This document shows, piece after piece, positions 7,254-10,932 of a DNA stretch of 10,932 nt. The stretch lies in IMG/VR virus record IMGVR_UViG_2671180814_000008. One strand, written 5' to 3'. The position numbers were made by a program, and so were the translations under genes. Source of the stretch: a virus. Taxonomy: Duplodnaviria > Heunggongvirae > Uroviricota > Caudoviricetes. Under the pieces are notes generated by a model. It had not been told where the DNA came from and made no database searches. It saw nothing but the letters and a program-made list of their open reading frames with translations. Each line of letters begins with the position of its first letter. Position 1 is the first letter of the stretch.

Positions 7254-7733
7254 GCCAGCTAACCACTTCGCCGGGCGTCATCATGAAGATTTCGGCGGGC
7301 GACCAGTTAAAAATGGCGGCAATATCCGCCACAAAGTCTTCTATGTGCTCAAAGCACACAACCGTGATCAGGCTTCCGTCGCCTGTTCGTTCTTCTCGCC
7401 AGAGTCCGCACCGCTCAAAAAATTTACGGCAACCACACATAACTGAATAAAGTCACGGGATGCCATTTTTTTGATCGTCACTTCATCCAGTCGCGGTGAT
7501 GTCACGCGTGACAGCAGCGTAAACATGGATTCCGCTTTCAAATTCAGCACATCAGACAGCGACAAATCTCGCAGAGATCCAGCCTGCTCAATAGCCCCGG
7601 TGATCTCCACATACGTGATTTTTTCGCCGCCTCGCTCAATTGGTTGGGTAAGTTTTACGCCACGCTCACTGGTTTCTTTCACAGTGTCAGCAACGACCGT
7701 GTTTTCGGTATCGATGTTTTTCGTCTCTTTCAT
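7204..7733 (-). CDS. E': Tail assembly chaperone E+E' fusion (P2 gpE' analogue), made by a -1 ribosomal frameshift at 7416-7422
   Basis: The E frame reads ..VVAVNFL..; the -1 frame after TTTTTTG continues FERCGLWREERTGDGSLITVVCFEHIEDF...MMTPGEVVSWRERAALRSGNADNEDS and stops at 7204-7206, overlapping the start of T. This matches the conserved E/E' (lambda G/GT-like) arrangement upstream of tape-measure genes. Confidence 0.6.
7368..7733 (-). CDS. E: Tail assembly chaperone (P2 gpE-like), 121 aa
   Basis: ORF-track protein MKETKNIDTENTVVADTVKE...; ATG at 7733 preceded by AAGGAG with a 7-nt spacer. Lies between the tube and tape-measure genes. Confidence 0.8.
   Translation of the reverse strand: MKETKNIDTENTVVADTVKETSERGVKLTQPIERGGEKITYVEITGAIEQAGSLRDLSLSDVLNLKAESMFTLLSRVTSPRLDEVTIKKMASRDFIQLCVVAVNFLSGADSGEKNEQATEA
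7416..7422 (-). other. Slippery heptamer T-TTT-TTG for the -1 programmed frameshift (E to E')
   Basis: Plus strand CAAAAAA at 7416-7422 is minus-strand TTTTTTG, in the E frame as AAT-TTT-TTG, 15 codons before the E stop. The -1 frame downstream is open for 72 codons. Confidence 0.6.
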
Positions 7734-7787
7734 CAGGAAACTCCTTTCAGTCAGAGGCGACGCACTGCGCCGCCTGCATATTACTTA

Positions 7788-8300
7788 TCAGCCAAGCCCG
7801 AGCGCGGAACGGATGCGATCGGGCACAATGTCCCTGCCGTCCTTCCGGTAAATGAAGTTCAGCAGGTCAATCTCCCACAACGGGCGATCGTTAACACTCA
7901 GCTTGTAGTAGGTGTTTTTAATGGCGTAAGTGTGTGATGTGGCTTCGCCCTGTTTGGCTTCCCCCATATCAATTTCCGTCACACGTCCGCGCATTTCGAC
8001 TTCATACAGGTCGCTTTCAGCGTCGGTGTAGTATTCACCCGCAAAACGCAGCAGCGTACCGTCAATCGTGCCGCCATACTTAAGGAACAGCTCACGAACT
8101 GCGCCCCCCATGACAAAGCTCGCATCAAGCGCGGAGTCATCCAGGCCGAGATCAATACTTACCGCTCCCATCATGCCACCACCCCGGTAGCTGTCGGTTT
8201 TGCGCGTCAGCTTAGGCAGAGTGACGGACGTCACCTTACCCACTTCGTTTTCACCATCCACAAACAGCGTAAAAAAGCGAAGATGTTTTGGTACAGCCAT
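7788..8300 (-). CDS. FII: Phage tail tube protein (P2 FII-like), 170 aa
   Basis: ORF-track protein MAVPKHLRFFTLFVDGENEVGKVTSVTLPKLTRKTDSYRGGGM..., recognised as P2 FII-type. Its ATG overlaps the sheath stop by 1 nt (ATGA); GGGAGG lies 7 nt upstream. Confidence 0.9.
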   Translation of the reverse strand: MAVPKHLRFFTLFVDGENEVGKVTSVTLPKLTRKTDSYRGGGMMGAVSIDLGLDDSALDASFVMGGAVRELFLKYGGTIDGTLLRFAGEYYTDAESDLYEVEMRGRVTEIDMGEAKQGEATSHTYAIKNTYYKLSVNDRPLWEIDLLNFIYRKDGRDIVPDRIRSALGLG

Positions 8301-9484
8301 CAGGCACCTCCCAGCACCGCAAATGCGGGACCAAAGAATTCATCAGTAAACGACTGGTAAAGCTCCATGTCTTCCAGCGGGGGAACAGGCGTATATTTGT
8401 AGCGAATACGCACGCGCCCCTGACGTAAATTCGTGGTGCCGTTATCCACCACGTCATACCAGCACGACGCCCCAATCAGTTTCCCGGCAGTAACCAGTGA
8501 ATCCAGTTTTGCCCTGATGGCACCGATAACATCCTTCACGTTCGCAGGCGTCAGTGGACTGTCGATGGTTTCAAACTGCGCTTCCGCAATTGAATCAGCC
8601 AGCACCTGTGCGGTTCGGGTATACACCTCAAAGATGTAGGCGTTCGTTTCCGGTGTGCGGTTGCCCCAGAAGCGGAACCCGTTGCGACGAATAATGGTCG
8701 TGATTTCTTTGTTGTTGAGGCTGTTGGCATCACTGTCTTCGGCCTGCAACGACCAGAACACATGCCTGGACATCCCCAGCACATTTTTAACCGGAACGTT
8801 GGACAGCGATTTGTGCCAGCCCTGCTCATGGTCAATGTACGCACGAAGGCCGCACGCATAGGCAGGCGCGGGGAACGTTTCGTTTTTGCCACTTTTCGGG
8901 TTGTAGGCGATGAAGTCCGGCCATAAGAGCATCACCTCACGTTCGTTGAATTTCTGGCGGTAGGTAATTGCCTCAGCCATCGTGTTACAGTCATGACATG
9001 AGGCATACACAAACGCGCGCAGTTTACCCGCAATCACGCACAGGGATTTTGTCACCGCCTCCGTGTCCAGCTCCGGCGCGGCCAGAATACGCGGACGGTA
9101 TCCGATGCTTTCATCCTGCTCTGCAACAAGCAGCGCATACATCCCCGTATAGCTGCCGTCAGATTCAGAACCACCGATAACCAGTTGATCCTGCGTTTTT
9201 CCGTCTTCTTCTTTGTGTTCAGCCACGCGAACGACGATCACCTTTGTGCTCACCTGGTCTGCGATGGCCTTAAGCGCACGATAAAGCGTCCCCGTTGTTC
9301 CGCATTTTCCCAGCACGTCATTGACGCGGGGCAGCAGTGTGGGCTTGTTCAGCGGGAACAGCTCCGCGTCCGCATCATCCGCCGTTGCCACGATACCGAT
9401 AACGCTGGAATCAACATCGTTAATCGCTGTTACCAGGTCGGTATTTTCCGTAACACGGGCACCATGAAAACGAGTTTCACTCAT
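8300..9484 (-). CDS. FI: Phage contractile tail sheath protein (P2 FI-like), 394 aa
   Basis: ORF-track protein MSETRFHGARVTEN...FPLNKP...WPDF...EQGWHKSLSNV...GFRFWGNRT...YTPVPPLE, recognised as P2 FI-type sheath. AAGGGG lies 8 nt upstream of ATG 9484. Confidence 0.9.
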   Translation of the reverse strand: MSETRFHGARVTENTDLVTAINDVDSSVIGIVATADDADAELFPLNKPTLLPRVNDVLGKCGTTGTLYRALKAIADQVSTKVIVVRVAEHKEEDGKTQDQLVIGGSESDGSYTGMYALLVAEQDESIGYRPRILAAPELDTEAVTKSLCVIAGKLRAFVYASCHDCNTMAEAITYRQKFNEREVMLLWPDFIAYNPKSGKNETFPAPAYACGLRAYIDHEQGWHKSLSNVPVKNVLGMSRHVFWSLQAEDSDANSLNNKEITTIIRRNGFRFWGNRTPETNAYIFEVYTRTAQVLADSIAEAQFETIDSPLTPANVKDVIGAIRAKLDSLVTAGKLIGASCWYDVVDNGTTNLRQGRVRIRYKYTPVPPLEDMELYQSFTDEFFGPAFAVLGGA

Positions 9485-9641
9485 AGCTTCAACCCCTTGT
9501 ATCCGTTAAATGATTCGGCAACAATCATCACCCACCACGCGCGTAATCTCACCCCTGCGCCATTCTCCCGCCACGGCGACAACAAAAAGCAGTAACCCCC
9601 TCCGCACGCACATGCGACCATGCCACACAGGGAGGGAGCAG
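9485..9641. promoter_or_regulatory. Divergent intergenic region, presumed to hold promoters for the sheath operon (leftward) and the gpD-like gene (rightward)
   Basis: 157 bp non-coding between divergent starts at 9484 and 9642. No clear promoter motif identified. Confidence 0.3.
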
Positions 9642-10751
9642 ATGACCGACACCACCATGCAATTGCTCAGTCAGGGCACAGACCCCGTGAAAATGCCGGA
9701 TTTTGATATTCTCGCGGAGGGTAAAACGCTGTCAGGCGTGGCAGAGCGCCTGATGAGCCTGTCACTGACCGACAACCGGGGATTTGAGGCGGACCAGCTC
9801 ACCATCACGCTGGATGATGCGGATGGTCAGTTGCAGCTACCGCCACGGGGCGCGCGCCTGACGGTTCTCATTGGCTGGAAGGGAGAACCGCTGACAGAAA
9901 AAGGCACTTACATTGTTGATGAAATCGCTCACGAAGGACCGCCGGACAGGCTGACTGTTTCAGCCAGAAGCGCAGATTTTCGGGCTGAATTTAACGTTAA
10001 ACGTGAGGTGTCCTGGCATGATGTGACCGTTGAGCGTGTGGTATCCGCCATCGCTCATCGGTATGGTCTGAAACCGCAAATCAGCGAAATGCTGATGGAT
10101 ATCGAAATCGACCACGCCGACCAGACCGAAGAAAGCGACATGTCCTTCCTTACGCGCATGGCGGAAATGCTGGGCGCAATCACCACGGTAAAAAGCGGTA
10201 ATCTGTTATTCATCATGCCCGGTGGTGGCGTGAACGCACAGGGCCAGCCGTTGCCCTCGTTCGCCATCACACGCAGCAGCGGCGATCGCCATCAGTTCCG
10301 CATTGCTGACCGCGAAGCGTATACGGGGGTACGCGCTTACTGGCTTGATCTTAATTACGGGAAAAAGAAAAAAGTCAGCGTGAAACGCCGCAAACCGTCA
10401 AAACCAAAAAAGGAGAAAAGCAGCAGCCGGGAAGGCGACTATATGGAAGGTGCGGAAGGCAACGTGTTTGTGTTACGCAAAACTTATCAGAACGAGCAGG
10501 CAGCAAGACGTGCAGCGGCGGCAAAGTGGCAGCAGCTACAACGCGGAGCCGCATCATTCTCCATCACACTGGCGCATGGACGTGCAGAACTCTACCCCGA
10601 AATGCATGGCACGGTAACAGGATTTAAAAGCGAGATTGATAATCAGGACTGGATTATTGCAAAAGCCGAGCACACCATTGATAACAGCGGCTTTACCACG
10701 CAGCTTGAGCTTGAGGCAAAAATCCCGGAATGGATAGCAGAAACAGAGTGA
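9642..10751 (+). CDS. D: P2 gpD-like tail protein (phage late control D / Phage_GPD family), about 370 aa
   Basis: The ORF-track frame is open from 9510, but ATG 9642 is preferred because GGAGGGAG sits 3 nt upstream. Protein MTDTTMQLLSQGT...LSLTDNRGFEADQLTITLDDADGQLQLPPRGARLTVLIGWKG... with a central lysine-rich linker (KKKKVSVKRRKPSKPKKEK), as in gpD-type proteins. Confidence 0.75.
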   Translation: MTDTTMQLLSQGTDPVKMPDFDILAEGKTLSGVAERLMSLSLTDNRGFEADQLTITLDDADGQLQLPPRGARLTVLIGWKGEPLTEKGTYIVDEIAHEGPPDRLTVSARSADFRAEFNVKREVSWHDVTVERVVSAIAHRYGLKPQISEMLMDIEIDHADQTEESDMSFLTRMAEMLGAITTVKSGNLLFIMPGGGVNAQGQPLPSFAITRSSGDRHQFRIADREAYTGVRAYWLDLNYGKKKKVSVKRRKPSKPKKEKSSSREGDYMEGAEGNVFVLRKTYQNEQAARRAAAAKWQQLQRGAASFSITLAHGRAELYPEMHGTVTGFKSEIDNQDWIIAKAEHTIDNSGFTTQLELEAKIPEWIAETE

Positions 10752-10932
10752 GCAACTTAAATGTATTAACTCAGAACGGATCAACACACTCACAACATAG
10801 AGTCAATATAGCTGCTCGCTTTGTTCCAGCAAGGATGCCTATTTCTAAGGAAAAACAGAGCAGAAACATATGGTGTTTTCCTACCTGACATCAGGGGTGG
10901 TAGACTGGCCCCCTGAATCTCCAGACAACCAG

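Noticed and set aside
3995-7450. Many plus-strand ORFs inside the gpU, tape-measure and E/E' region (e.g. 3995-4219, 4615-4983, 5008-5250, 5704-6000, 6034-6432, 7093-7446) and minus-strand 4586-5083 and 5422-5712
   Set aside because: GC-rich coding DNA often has long open frames on the opposite strand or in alternative frames. These translations are low-complexity (S/P/A/R-rich) and are covered entirely by the tape-measure ORF.
7471-9595. Alternative-frame ORFs 7471-7851, 7644-7937, 8251-8475, 8433-8639, 8551-8892, 8655-8861, 8968-9180 and 9185-9595
   Set aside because: All overlap the strongly supported E, tube or sheath genes in other frames or antisense, with no independent support.
9510-9641. 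N-terminal extension of the gpD-like ORF from ATG 9510
   Set aside because: The extension is low-complexity and has no RBS, whereas ATG 9642 has GGAGGGAG 3 nt upstream and gives a protein of the expected size. It cannot be fully excluded without homologue alignment.
9485-9641. P2 Ogr-type late promoter motif (TGT-N12-ACA) in the sheath/D intergenic region
   Set aside because: The only TGT (9497-9499) is not followed by ACA at the required spacing, so no call was made. This says nothing about other activator types.
10055-10793. Minus-strand ORFs 10055-10270, 10375-10557 and 10554-10793
   Set aside because: Antisense to, or overlapping, the gpD-like gene; no support.
10752-10932. Possible tRNA or attachment site, or a small gene, downstream of the gpD-like gene (short ORF from ATG 10880 running off the window; 30-codon minus-strand ORF)
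   Set aside because: No cloverleaf-compatible sequence or T-loop motif was seen, and the ORFs are too short or truncated to interpret. Left unannotated.

Overview
This window is a P2-like phage tail module fused to a Mu/e14-type invertible tail-fibre (host-range) switching region, in a draft-quality assembly (179-N gap at 3265-3443, ambiguous base at 1577). All readings are from the sequence and the supplied ORF translations; no database search was run. Minus strand, right to left: tail sheath (FI-like, 8300-9484), tail tube (FII-like, 7788-8300), tail chaperone E with its -1 frameshift product E' (7204-7733), tape measure T (4410-7253) and gpU-like protein (3909-4403). A gpD-like gene (9642-10751) lies on the plus strand, divergent from the sheath gene. 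A Gin/Pin/Hin-family serine invertase (3155-3873, plus strand, interrupted by the gap) sits next to a 26-bp gix-like crossover site (3075-3100). To its left are two promoterless tail-fibre C-terminal cassettes, each followed by its own tail-fibre assembly gene (tfa), all on the minus strand. The most unusual feature is a second copy of the crossover site plus about 110 bp of the invertase 5' end (1379-1576) in direct orientation between the two cassettes. Other points of note are a premature amber codon in cassette 2 and an apparent inversion of the FI-U block relative to canonical P2 gene order.
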